DNA of 56,448 nucleotides. It comes from a virus. Its lineage: Duplodnaviria; Caudoviricetes. Under the pieces are notes generated by a model. That model worked only from the letters and a program-made list of their open reading frames with translations, did not search any database and was not told the origin of the DNA. The position numbers and the translations under genes are program-made. How positions within the stretch are numbered: position 1 is the first letter of the stretch; each line of letters starts with the position of its first letter. The stretch spans positions 1-56,448 of IMG/VR virus record IMGVR_UViG_3300046777_001585; one strand, given 5' to 3'. Shown in pieces: positions 34,571 to 43,916 of the stretch.

Positions 34571-34897
34571 ATGCCTACGGTATATGTCGTATCAGAGACG
34601 GAACAGCATAACATCACGTCTGCCCTCAACTGGGGGGATGTGAAACCTATTCTTCCGCCGAATGCACAGATTGTGTTTAGCACGGGGCCTACGGTCTCCC
34701 GTGTAAAGCGCATGCTTGCCAAATTTACTGACGACGATTATCTTTTGTTCATCGGTGACCCGACTGCCATCGGCATTGTGAGTGCTGTTGCAGCGCACCG
34801 TAACAAAGGTCGCTTCAAGTGTCTCAAGTGGGACAAACGAGAGCGCCGCTATATTCCAATACAGATAGACTTGTTCCCGAGGTTTGACGATGAATAA
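34571..34897 (+). CDS. Conserved hypothetical phage protein
   Basis: SD aggag; DYLLFIGDP...LKWDK...Y motif. Confidence 0.7.
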   Translation: MPTVYVVSETEQHNITSALNWGDVKPILPPNAQIVFSTGPTVSRVKRMLAKFTDDDYLLFIGDPTAIGIVSAVAAHRNKGRFKCLKWDKRERRYIPIQIDLFPRFDDE

Positions 34898-35435
34898 CTT
34901 GTTTGAGAAAGACGCAGAAGCCTTCCAAATCCAGGATGACGCGCTACAGAGCGTTGGTCTTCTTGCCCACCGGGCCAAGGAGCTGGAGAAGGAACTAGAA
35001 GACCTTGAAGCTTCGATCAAGGAGCGCAAGGACCAGTACCGTAAACTCACTGAAGAATCCATCCCCGAGGCCTTGGCCACGCTTGGGATGAAGTCCTTTA
35101 GGATGAAGGACGGTTCGAGCATTGAAATCAAGCCGTTTTATGGGGCATCAATCCCCGAGGGCCGTCGCGCAGAGGCCTACGAATGGCTCCGTGGTCGGGG
35201 ATTCGACGACATCATCAAGAACGTCGTTTCGGTGCGCTTCGGGCGTGGCGAAGACGAACTATGTGCTCGCCTGGTGCGATTGTTGCGGGAGGAAGGCTAT
35301 CCTCTCGACCAGTCGGAGAAGGTAGAGCCTATGACCTTGAAGGCGTGGGTTCGCGAGCAGATCGAGCGTGGCAACGAGTTCCCCCAGGAACTGTTCGGCG
35401 CATACATTGGCCAGAAGGCCGTTATCAAGTCCTAA
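34890..35435 (+). CDS. Conserved replication-module protein (coiled coil)
   Basis: AYEWLR..G.DDIIKN...VEPMTLKAWVRE family found before the SSB in such phages; SD gagg. Confidence 0.7.
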   Translation: MNNLFEKDAEAFQIQDDALQSVGLLAHRAKELEKELEDLEASIKERKDQYRKLTEESIPEALATLGMKSFRMKDGSSIEIKPFYGASIPEGRRAEAYEWLRGRGFDDIIKNVVSVRFGRGEDELCARLVRLLREEGYPLDQSEKVEPMTLKAWVREQIERGNEFPQELFGAYIGQKAVIKS

Positions 35436-35455
35436 AGAAACACGAGGAAAGACAT

Positions 35456-36223
35456 ATGAGCAAGAATCTTGCAGAAAAGACTGAAACCGCACTAACCACC
35501 GTGACGAGCTTCGAGGAGGATGCTCAGTCCGGCTTTGACGGGATGAACCAAGACGACTTGGCGCTCCCCTTCCTGCGCCTGCTCACGGCCACCAGCCCTG
35601 AAGTCGGCGAAGTGGACGGCGCAATGCCTGGAATGGTGTACAACACCGTGACCGGGCAGCTGTATGACGGCAAGAAGGGGCTTCTTGTTATTCCATGCGC
35701 CTACGTCCGCCAGTACATTGAGTGGGCCCCTCGCGGGAGCGGTAGCGGCGCTCCGGTGACGATTTACCCGGCGACATCGGACGTGCTTAGCCGTACGCAC
35801 CGCGAACCGGGGGACAATCGTGACTACCTGGACAACGGCAACTACATCGAGAACACCGCGAATCACTATGTGATGGTGATTGACGAGAAGGGCTCGCCTG
35901 CGCCTGCTCTGATTGTGATGAAGAGCACGCAGCTGAAGAAATCTCGTAAGTGGAACTCGATGCAGATGAGCGTGAAGCTGCAGTCGTCGCAAGGCGGCCT
36001 GTACACGCCCCCGATGTTCAGCCAAGTGTACCGGCTGACCACGCAGCAGGAGTCGAATGACAAGGGTAAGTGGTACGGCTGGGAAATCGAGCGCGTCGGT
36101 TCTGTGGAGGATATGAGTGTTTATCGTCTGGCGAAGGAATTTGCCAATTCCGTGAAGTCCGGAGATGTGCAAATCAAGCATCAGGACGAGGCCGGAGCCC
36201 CGGTACAGAACGCTCCATTCTGA
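35456..36223 (+). CDS. Putative single-stranded DNA-binding protein
   Basis: DLALPFLRLL...MKSTQLKKSRKWNS...NDKGKWYGW, ending in PF; located before the primase; SD gagg. Confidence 0.6.
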   Translation: MSKNLAEKTETALTTVTSFEEDAQSGFDGMNQDDLALPFLRLLTATSPEVGEVDGAMPGMVYNTVTGQLYDGKKGLLVIPCAYVRQYIEWAPRGSGSGAPVTIYPATSDVLSRTHREPGDNRDYLDNGNYIENTANHYVMVIDEKGSPAPALIVMKSTQLKKSRKWNSMQMSVKLQSSQGGLYTPPMFSQVYRLTTQQESNDKGKWYGWEIERVGSVEDMSVYRLAKEFANSVKSGDVQIKHQDEAGAPVQNAPF

Positions 36224-36229
36224 CCCCCA

Positions 36230-36259
36230 GGGGGAAGACAAGTCTTCCCCCGTTTTTTT
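36230..36259 (+). terminator. Rho-independent terminator
   Basis: gggggaaga-caag-tcttccccc followed by gT7. Confidence 0.8.
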
Positions 36260-36270
36260 GAGAAAGCAGA

Positions 36271-37800
36271 ATGAACGACGCACTCTCGCAATTCATGGCG
36301 ATATTCGAGGGTCTCAATATCGCTTACGGCACCTATCGTATTGAGGGGTCAAAAAGCAATGGAAAACAGGCCGGGAAGGCTGTGGTGGTTCGTCAACCAC
36401 CTGTTCGAGATCTTTGGGAACGTCACCTCAAGGGTGTCGATCCTTCTTTGGGGATTATTCCAATTCGGGCTGATAATTCTTGCACTTGGGGTTGCATTGA
36501 TATTGACCAGTATCCTTTGGATCTCGGCGCTCTTGTTAACCGCGTTCGGTCCTTAAATCTCCCGCTGGTCATCTGCCGCAGCAAGTCCGGCGGCGCTCAT
36601 GTGTTCTGTTTTGTTGCGCAGGCCATCCCAGCTTCTGATATGCAGGAGTATTTGCGTACCTGCGCTGCGCTCTTAGGCGAGTCGGGTCGGGAAATCTTCC
36701 CGAAGCAGGCGGAGATACTGGTAGAGCGTGGAGACACTGGAAACTTCCTGAACCTGCCGTACTTCAATGCCAACGAGACGTTGCGCTATGCCATAAAGGA
36801 CGACGGCGAAGCCGCGACGCTCGAGGAGTTCTTTGCGCTCCACGCTCAGTACGTGCAGACCCCTCCTCTCGCGGTTCCAGAGGCACCTAAGACCTCTTCA
36901 AAGTTCATGGCCGACGGACCACCGTGCCTGCAGGCGTTATGCTTGCAGGGGTTTCCGGAGGGAACCCGTAACAACGGATTGTTCAGCCTCGGGGTGTACC
37001 TCAAGAAGGCTTTCCCCGAGGTATGGGAGAACAAGCTCATGGAATACAACATGAGCTATTTCTCGCCTCCGCTCGGCATTTCCGAACTCCAGATTGTGGT
37101 TAAGCAGCTGGCGAAGAAGTCCTATCACTACAAGTGCAAGGATCAGCCCCTGCTGGCCTTTTGCAACAGCGGGCTGTGTCGCACTCGAAAGTACGGCATC
37201 GGAGCAGAGGGACCGGATAGCCCTCGCCTGTCATCGCTCAGCAAGTACGCCAGTGAGCCGCCGCTGTGGTTCGTGGACGTGAACGGCAAACGATTGGAAC
37301 TGGAGACGGAGAGCCTGTTTAACCAGATGGCTTTCCAGAAGGCCTGCATGGAACGCATCAACATGCTTCCGCCGACGCTAAAAAAGACTGACTGGGAAGG
37401 GGTTCTCAACGGCCTGCTGCACGAGATGGTGGAACTGGAACGAATCCAGGAGGCCAGTGAGGACACGAAAACGACCGGACGCTTCAACGAACTGCTCGAG
37501 GAGTACTGCACGCACCTACATCAAGCTATGGACCGCGATGAGATTCTCATGGGCAGGCCGTGGACTGATGAGGCGCAGCAGTTGGTGTACTTCCGAATGA
37601 AGGATCTGGAAGCCCATCTGAAGCGCAACGCTTTGATCTTGTCTTCACCCAAAGTCGCGCAGCGGCTCCGTGACCTTGGAGGGCAGTCTCATGTCGTGTG
37701 GCTCAAGGGCCGCGCAACACGGGTCTGGCGCATTCCGGCCTTTGCGAAGCAGGAGGCTCCATTCGAGGCTCCGGAAGAGAACCGCGGGGCTCCGTTCTGA
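36271..37800 (+). CDS. Archaeo-eukaryotic-type primase (AEP) with PriCT-like domain
   Basis: WGCIDID, RSKSGGAHVF, EIFPKQ, GNFLNLPY, PPCL, EGTRNNGLF and a Cys cluster. Confidence 0.8.
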   Translation: MNDALSQFMAIFEGLNIAYGTYRIEGSKSNGKQAGKAVVVRQPPVRDLWERHLKGVDPSLGIIPIRADNSCTWGCIDIDQYPLDLGALVNRVRSLNLPLVICRSKSGGAHVFCFVAQAIPASDMQEYLRTCAALLGESGREIFPKQAEILVERGDTGNFLNLPYFNANETLRYAIKDDGEAATLEEFFALHAQYVQTPPLAVPEAPKTSSKFMADGPPCLQALCLQGFPEGTRNNGLFSLGVYLKKAFPEVWENKLMEYNMSYFSPPLGISELQIVVKQLAKKSYHYKCKDQPLLAFCNSGLCRTRKYGIGAEGPDSPRLSSLSKYASEPPLWFVDVNGKRLELETESLFNQMAFQKACMERINMLPPTLKKTDWEGVLNGLLHEMVELERIQEASEDTKTTGRFNELLEEYCTHLHQAMDRDEILMGRPWTDEAQQLVYFRMKDLEAHLKRNALILSSPKVAQRLRDLGGQSHVVWLKGRATRVWRIPAFAKQEAPFEAPEENRGAPF

Positions 37801-39299
37801 TGTCAGTCAACAAGATATTCGGTCCGCCTGGCACCGGCAAGACAACCTACCTGCTCAACGTTGTTGAGCAGGAGTTGGACCAAGGCACGCGGCCCATGGA
37901 CATTGGGTACTTCTCTTTTACCCGCAAGGCGTCTATCGAGGCGCGTGAGCGCTCGATCCAACGCTTCCAGACGCTCAACCCGGAGACCGACTTCCCGTGG
38001 TTCAGGACGCTGCATAGCTTGGCGTACCGATGCCTTGGCCTGTCGTCCAAGGACATGATGAAGCCGGAGCACTTTGCGGAGTTTGCTGCTCAGACAGGGA
38101 TTGAAATCGTCACGGAGGTGATGGACGACGAGTTCGCTGTCCGGGGCAACAATACCATCCTGAACGAGGTGGCGCTTGCCCGGATACGCGGCGATGACCT
38201 ACGCGCCCACTACAACCGCAGCCGACTCGACATCGAGTGGTTTCACTTCGAGTACGTCGCGCGCTCCTATAAGTACTACAAAAACAGCCGCCAGCTGTTG
38301 GACTTTACCGACATCCTGGAGCAGCTTGTGGAGCAGCCTTACAGGCTCCCTGAGTTGGACGTTTTGATCGTTGATGAGGCCCAGGACCTTTCCAAACTGC
38401 AGTGGCGCTTGGTCCGCGAACTGTCCGCCAGGGCCAAACGAACTTACTTGGCAGGAGACGATGACCAGGCGGTCTACAACTGGGCTGGTGCTGACGTGTC
38501 AGAGTTTCTGCGATTCGAAGGCGACGTAGTGGTTTTGGATAAGTCCTACCGGGTGCCTGCAGAGATCCACGAACTGGCCAACAGGGTGGTGAAGCGCATC
38601 CGGAACCGCCAGAACAAGACTTGGGAGCCTCGAGAGGAGAAGGGGCGCATCTACCTGCACAACGACTTCCGGCACGTTGACCTGACATCCGGGGAGTGGC
38701 TTGTTCTCGCCTCCACGAACCACCTGCTGAACGAAACACACTCGTGGCTAAAGAGCGAAGGCATCCTGTTCGAGCGCCACGGACAACGGAGCATTCCAGA
38801 AGCAGTGCTGCTTGCGGTACTAGGGTGGGAGACGTTGCGTCGCGGAGAGCGCGTCACCTCGCAACTTGTAAGAAACATTTACAAGTTCCTCGATTCACGG
38901 TTCGTGGCCCGCGGGCACAAGACCTTGTCGAGCCTGTCAGACGAAGGGCTGTATTCCCTCGCGGACCTGCAGCAGGACCACGGGCTTTTGACGGACGCTA
39001 TATGGCATGAGGCACTGGCTAAGATCGACGCGGCCAAGCGTGAGTACATCATCGCGCTATTACGCAGGAAGACTAAATTGACAGGGAATGTTCGTGTTCG
39101 ACTGTCTACGATCCACGGGGCAAAGGGGGGCGAGGCGGATAATGTCCTGATGATGATGGAACTGTCCACGAAGTTCGCGGACGAGTACCAACGTAATCCG
39201 GATGATGTTAATCGATTACTGTACGTCGGGCTCACCCGTGCCAAGCAATCCTTGCACCTGGTGCAGCCTCGTAACGCACGAAAGGCTTTTTTCCTGTGA
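37800..39299 (+). CDS. UvrD/Rep superfamily 1 helicase
   Basis: GPPGTGKT, DEAQD, GDDDQAVY, TIHGAKGGEAD and YVGLTRA; TGATG coupling at 37800. Confidence 0.9.
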   Translation: MSVNKIFGPPGTGKTTYLLNVVEQELDQGTRPMDIGYFSFTRKASIEARERSIQRFQTLNPETDFPWFRTLHSLAYRCLGLSSKDMMKPEHFAEFAAQTGIEIVTEVMDDEFAVRGNNTILNEVALARIRGDDLRAHYNRSRLDIEWFHFEYVARSYKYYKNSRQLLDFTDILEQLVEQPYRLPELDVLIVDEAQDLSKLQWRLVRELSARAKRTYLAGDDDQAVYNWAGADVSEFLRFEGDVVVLDKSYRVPAEIHELANRVVKRIRNRQNKTWEPREEKGRIYLHNDFRHVDLTSGEWLVLASTNHLLNETHSWLKSEGILFERHGQRSIPEAVLLAVLGWETLRRGERVTSQLVRNIYKFLDSRFVARGHKTLSSLSDEGLYSLADLQQDHGLLTDAIWHEALAKIDAAKREYIIALLRRKTKLTGNVRVRLSTIHGAKGGEADNVLMMMELSTKFADEYQRNPDDVNRLLYVGLTRAKQSLHLVQPRNARKAFFL

Positions 39300-41161
39300 A
39301 GACACTTCCCATGTTCGCGCCCAAGTCCGAGTGGGTTCCTCCTGCTGCATTCCCTGACCTAAGCGAAGCGACTGAGATTGCCATCGACCTCGAGACGTGT
39401 GACCCACACATGGAGACACACGGCCCAGGGTGGCCACGTAAGGACGGCTACATCGTCGGCTATGCCGTCGCCGTCGAGGGGTGGAAGGGCTACTTCCCTG
39501 TCGCGCACGCGGGGGGCGGGAATCTCGACAAGCGCGTGGTCGAGCGCTGGATGAAGAAGGTCTTGGAACTCCCTTGTCCAAAGGTCATGCACAACGCGGC
39601 CTATGACCTGGGCTGGCTGCTTGCCTCAGGGTTCACGGTCAACGGCACGATATTCGATACGATGGTTGCCGCGGGGGTCATCGACGAGAACCGATACTCG
39701 TATGCGCTGAACAGCCTCGGCTTCGACTTCCTGAAAGAAACCAAGTCGGAGATTGGGCTCAAGGAAGCGGCTGCGGACTTTGGGGTGCATCCGAAGAAGG
39801 AGTTGTGGAAGCTCCCCGCGATGTTCGTGGGCGACTACGCGGAGCAGGACGCCGCACTGACACTCAAGCTCTGGCAGTACTTCAAGACCGCACTGAAGCG
39901 CGAAGAGGTTGAGTCGATCTTCGAGCTGGAGACAAGCCTGCTGCCGGTGCTCGTGAATGTCACCCTGAAGGGGATCCGCTTCAACGTGGATCGCGCTGGG
40001 GAACTCATCACGAAGATGGCGGGCGAAGAGCAGAAGATGATTCAGCAGGTATCCGACATCGCGGGGCATAGAGTAGACATCTGGGCGGCTGCCAGCATCG
40101 CGACGGCATTCGACAAGCTTAAAATCAAATACCCGAGGACGGCCACCGGGCTGCCTAGCTTCACCCGTTCCTTTCTTGAGTCCTGCGAAGCGCCCGTGGC
40201 GGGGATGATTGTCTCGGCGCGCGAGTTGAACAAGACCTACGGGACGTTCCTGCGGCCTTACTTGGACTTCGCCAAAAAAGACGGTCGGATTCATCCACAC
40301 GTGAACCAGTTGCGCTCTGACGACGGCGGCACGGTTACCGGGCGGCTGTCCATGGCCAATCCCAACCTGCAACAGGTCCCCGCCAGGCATGAGATTATCG
40401 GCCCTACTGTGCGAAGCCTGTTCCTGCCAGAGGAAGGCGAGCAGTGGGCCGCGATGGACTTTTCCTCCCAGGAGCCCAGGTTGTTGGTGCACTACGCCAC
40501 CCTGCTGGGGCTACCGGGTTCGGAGAACATGGCCAAGGCGTATCGCGAAAACCCGGATACCGATTTCCACCAAATGGTCGCCGATATGGCGGGCATCAAG
40601 CGCAAGGCCGCCAAGACTATCGGGCTTGGCCTCATGTACGGGATGGGCAAGGCCAAGCTTGCTGGGCAGCTGGACCTGCCTATTGAGGAGGCCTCGGAAC
40701 TCATGTCGGTATTCCACCAGAAGGTCCCGTTCCTGCGGGGCACCGTGGACGCTGTCATGAAGCGCATCGAGAGCCCTGCGTCAGACGGATCAATCCGCAC
40801 CCTGCTGGGCCGCAAGTGCCGGTTCCCGCTGTGGGAGCCTATCGAATACGGCATCAACAAGGCACTTCCCAGGGAAGAGGCGGCGGCCAAGTACGGCCCC
40901 CGCATCCGCCGGGCGATGACCTACAAGGGCCTGAACAGGCTCATCCAGGGCTCTGCTGCCGACCAGACCAAGTCTGCCATGGTCAATCTCTCGAAGGCGG
41001 GATTCAACGTCCTGCTGCAGGTCCACGATGAGATTGCCATCAGCGTCAAGACCCGTGAGGAGGCCATGGAGGCGGTCAACATCATGTTGAGCGCTGTACG
41101 CCTCGAGGTTCCCAGCAAGGTGGACCTTGAAATCGGCCCGAGCTGGGGCGAAGCCTGTTGA
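39296..41161 (+). CDS. polA: DNA polymerase family A with 3'-5' exonuclease
   Basis: IDLET, HNAAYD, TGRLS..NPNLQQ, DFSSQEPR, KTIGLGLMYG and QVHDE. Confidence 0.95.
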   Translation: MKTLPMFAPKSEWVPPAAFPDLSEATEIAIDLETCDPHMETHGPGWPRKDGYIVGYAVAVEGWKGYFPVAHAGGGNLDKRVVERWMKKVLELPCPKVMHNAAYDLGWLLASGFTVNGTIFDTMVAAGVIDENRYSYALNSLGFDFLKETKSEIGLKEAAADFGVHPKKELWKLPAMFVGDYAEQDAALTLKLWQYFKTALKREEVESIFELETSLLPVLVNVTLKGIRFNVDRAGELITKMAGEEQKMIQQVSDIAGHRVDIWAAASIATAFDKLKIKYPRTATGLPSFTRSFLESCEAPVAGMIVSARELNKTYGTFLRPYLDFAKKDGRIHPHVNQLRSDDGGTVTGRLSMANPNLQQVPARHEIIGPTVRSLFLPEEGEQWAAMDFSSQEPRLLVHYATLLGLPGSENMAKAYRENPDTDFHQMVADMAGIKRKAAKTIGLGLMYGMGKAKLAGQLDLPIEEASELMSVFHQKVPFLRGTVDAVMKRIESPASDGSIRTLLGRKCRFPLWEPIEYGINKALPREEAAAKYGPRIRRAMTYKGLNRLIQGSAADQTKSAMVNLSKAGFNVLLQVHDEIAISVKTREEAMEAVNIMLSAVRLEVPSKVDLEIGPSWGEAC

Positions 41162-41187
41162 CCGTATCGTATTAGATACGATACATT
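41158..41187 (+). promoter_or_regulatory. sigma70-like promoter with overlapping operator palindrome
   Basis: TTGACC-18-TACATT; perfect inverted repeat gtatcgtat-tag-atacgatac at 41164-41184. Confidence 0.6.
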
Positions 41188-41213
41188 CGCGGCTCAATCA
41201 GGAGGGACCACCC

Positions 41214-41507
41214 ATGCCAAGAAAGAAAGTTCAAAAGTTCGGTAAGACCTACGGTCGGAGACGCAAGCCTCGCCAGCCTGGGGACCCCGTGGTACACGTA
41301 TCGCCAGCCAGGCGTCGCGAACCATGGACCACTATCACCGTTCGTAGCACGCACTACGCGATGATGCGGGAACTTGCGGAGGCATGGAAATGCTCCGTCG
41401 GAATGGTCTGCATGAAGCTTGTGGAAAAGGAATTCCAGAAGACGCTCTGGGAACAGCAGCAAGCGGAGCGACTTAAGCAGGTGGGCGCTCATGCCTCGCG
41501 TGCATAA
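41214..41507 (+). CDS. Putative ribbon-helix-helix DNA-binding protein
   Basis: SD ggagg; TTITVRSTHYAMMRELAEAWKCSVGMVCMKLV fits a strand-helix-helix pattern. Confidence 0.55.
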   Translation: MPRKKVQKFGKTYGRRRKPRQPGDPVVHVSPARRREPWTTITVRSTHYAMMRELAEAWKCSVGMVCMKLVEKEFQKTLWEQQQAERLKQVGAHASRA

Positions 41508-41715
41508 AACTATCCTGCCCTTTGAGGTCGAGGTGGAGTACCAAGAGATGCCTGCCGACGAGGAGTTTGACCTGCCCCCGCAGGTCGAAATCACGGGCGT
41601 TTTTGCCCGTGCTTCGGAGGAATGCACCCATCGGACCAGGCGCGCGAATATCCTTTACGCGCTGAGTGAAGCGGAGATCATCAATCTTGAAGACGAAATA
41701 CTGGGGGATTTATGA
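41491..41715 (+). CDS. Hypothetical acidic protein
   Basis: Packed in the operon; ATG at 41491. Confidence 0.55.
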   Translation: MPRVHKTILPFEVEVEYQEMPADEEFDLPPQVEITGVFARASEECTHRTRRANILYALSEAEIINLEDEILGDL

Positions 41716-41798
41716 CTGGAGACCAGTTCGCCGAGTGGTTCATCATTGTCGTCGGCTCTTTCACGCTCTACTGCTGCTTATGGCTAGATATCTTATAA
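41712..41798 (+). CDS. 28-aa hydrophobic peptide
   Basis: ATGA overlap; single TM-like stretch MTGDQFAEWFIIVVGSFTLYCCLWLDIL. Confidence 0.4.
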   Translation: MTGDQFAEWFIIVVGSFTLYCCLWLDIL

Positions 41799-41941
41799 GC
41801 CTCCTTCGAGGCTCAAAGGAGCGGCTGACACGGGCTGACCGTGAGGAGATTGCGGATGAGATCGAAAGTCTGCTGCTTCGCCTGGATCTCGAGAAACAGT
41901 TAAGGGATGAAAAACCGAGGACCAAGGACCATGGAAGCTGA
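41780..41941 (+). CDS. Hypothetical protein
   Basis: Helical EEIADEIESL; start uncertain. Confidence 0.45.
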   Translation: MARYLISLLRGSKERLTRADREEIADEIESLLLRLDLEKQLRDEKPRTKDHGS

Positions 41942-42131
41942 ACATCCGACACGGTTCTTTTACCAGGGGGCCCAGGTTCCGCAGGTGCCTTTCAGGGTAG
42001 CGGAATTCAGGGGATTTTTTCCTAATGAGAAAGCGTTCCGGCGGGCCATGGAGTGGGCCGCCGAACTTGAGCGACGGAATTGCCCGCGGCGCGCATGGAG
42101 AGTACGATTAGGCCTTGATGGCATATCCTGA
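41931..42131 (+). CDS. Hypothetical protein
   Basis: ATG at 41931 after aagga; fills the operon gap. Confidence 0.45.
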   Translation: MEAEHPTRFFYQGAQVPQVPFRVAEFRGFFPNEKAFRRAMEWAAELERRNCPRRAWRVRLGLDGIS

Positions 42132-42142
42132 GGGCTCAGTCA

Positions 42143-42640
42143 ATGAGGAAAATGCGTCGGCCTCGCCGGTACGCTGATGGCGGTCCAGCTACTTCTGCCC
42201 CTCCGGGCGGAAAAAGCAACGAGGACAAGGAAAAACTCCTGCAGTCCTACTTCAGCAAGAGCCCTGGCATCTCCAAGGAGGAACAGGACAGCTTCCGGCG
42301 TGCGCTCGGGCTTCCCATTCCAACAAGCACGACAAGAAAGCCCCCCTCTCGTTCCCCGAACGCCCAGGCTGCCGGAGAACGCAGGAAAAGGCCGCTAACC
42401 ACTCGCCCCAAAGCGAGGACCGCGGTTCCTGCTCCACGGACTCGAACAGCTCCCCCTCCGCCTCCTCCAGCCCCCGTTCAAGCTCCTGCTCCTGCCCCCT
42501 CACAGGGCGGAATGTTGGGCGGTGCCATGAATGCCATTGAAGAGCGAAATAAAATGCTTCAGGGCCTTCGGGGTGGCGGTCTTGTGAAGAAGAAAAAGCC
42601 AGTGGGCCGCATGCCGCGTCCTCGGCGTACCAAACGATGA
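42143..42640 (+). CDS. Basic Pro-rich disordered protein with two GG motifs
   Basis: RRYADGGPA near the N-terminus and LRGGGLVKKK near the C-terminus. Confidence 0.65.
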   Translation: MRKMRRPRRYADGGPATSAPPGGKSNEDKEKLLQSYFSKSPGISKEEQDSFRRALGLPIPTSTTRKPPSRSPNAQAAGERRKRPLTTRPKARTAVPAPRTRTAPPPPPPAPVQAPAPAPSQGGMLGGAMNAIEERNKMLQGLRGGGLVKKKKPVGRMPRPRRTKR

Positions 42641-42653
42641 AAGGAAATCAGAC

Positions 42654-43916
42654 ATGATCAAGAAGCCGATGATGGCGAAGCGCACCACCAAGGCCGCGCC
42701 CGCTAAGAAGAAGACCGTAGCGGCTAAGAAGAAGACCGTAGCGGCTAAGAAGCCGATGACCGTTGCCGGGAAGACGGTGAAGAAGTACCAGGTTGGCGGC
42801 CCCGCAATGGGCAGCCCTCGTGCCAATCCCACGGCGACCGTTGGAATGCAGCGGCCCACGATAACGCCGGGAATGACTGCCCCACAAATGAGGCAAGCCT
42901 ACGGCCAGAGCGCGGGCATGAATAGGGCGGAGGCCCAGCGGCGAAACGCCAGCATGGCTACCCCTGCAGCGCGTTCCGCCTCCGGCGGTTTCTTGGGTGG
43001 AATGCTGGCGCGCCAAGGCATGACGCCTCGTCCGGGCATGGGCGGCTCAATGATCGCCAACAACGGCGGCGGGCTGATTCCCAACAATGCCGGTGGCATG
43101 GGCCGTGGAATGCCTGTAACTCCCGCTCAGTTTGAACAGTCTCTCGGAGCAGATCGAAATAACTACGTCAGGAACGAGCGAGGAGACTTTTTCCTGCGTC
43201 CGCCTCCGGGCACAACTCCCGCGCAGGCAGAACAGATGTATAGGGCGCAAACGGCCCGACTTCAGGCGATGCAGCAGGGAGCGGGCGGCTCAATGATCGC
43301 CAACAACGGCGGTGGGCTGATTCCTCCCCCGAACTCGCGGCCTAACGTTCCGGGGATTACCCCTCCAATGAATCGCCCCGTTCGCACTCCTCCGCCGCGA
43401 CAGGGGATGCCGCAGGGAATGGACCCCGCAATGCAGCAGTACGCTCAGATGATGCAGCGGCGACAGGGTATGCCGCAGCAAGGGCAGATGCCTTCCATGA
43501 TGCAGGGTATGCAGGGATTGGGCGCGGCGCAGGGTATGCAGCAAGGGCGGGGAGTTCCTTCCCAGATCTCCGACCTGTACGGCGGGCAGCAGAGGCCTCC
43601 CATGATGCAGGGGATGCAGGCGCAGGGGATGCCGGCAATGCCTCCTATGAGGCAACTGGGCGCGGGGCAGCCGCTTAATCGAGCGCCTGCGCAGGGAATG
43701 GACCCATCAATGCAGCAGGAGGCTAACAGGCAGCTGGAGCAGGCTGCGCAGCTGGGTATGCAGGGATTGCAAGCGCCTGCGCGCTTCAGGAAAGGCGGCG
43801 AGGCCAAGAAAAAGGCCGCAGCGCAAGGTCGCATGGCCAAGCCCGCAGGGCGGGGACGCACGACTAAACCTGCAGTGCGTGGCCGCATGGCCAAGCCGAC
43901 ACGAGGGAAGAAGTAA
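42654..43916 (+). CDS. Disordered Gln/Met/Gly/Pro-rich protein with histone-H1-like basic ends
   Basis: SD aagga; (KKKTVAA)n N-terminus, KKYQVGG, GGSMIANNGGGLIP twice, FRKGGEA, and a basic C-terminus. Confidence 0.7.
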   Translation: MIKKPMMAKRTTKAAPAKKKTVAAKKKTVAAKKPMTVAGKTVKKYQVGGPAMGSPRANPTATVGMQRPTITPGMTAPQMRQAYGQSAGMNRAEAQRRNASMATPAARSASGGFLGGMLARQGMTPRPGMGGSMIANNGGGLIPNNAGGMGRGMPVTPAQFEQSLGADRNNYVRNERGDFFLRPPPGTTPAQAEQMYRAQTARLQAMQQGAGGSMIANNGGGLIPPPNSRPNVPGITPPMNRPVRTPPPRQGMPQGMDPAMQQYAQMMQRRQGMPQQGQMPSMMQGMQGLGAAQGMQQGRGVPSQISDLYGGQQRPPMMQGMQAQGMPAMPPMRQLGAGQPLNRAPAQGMDPSMQQEANRQLEQAAQLGMQGLQAPARFRKGGEAKKKAAAQGRMAKPAGRGRTTKPAVRGRMAKPTRGKK

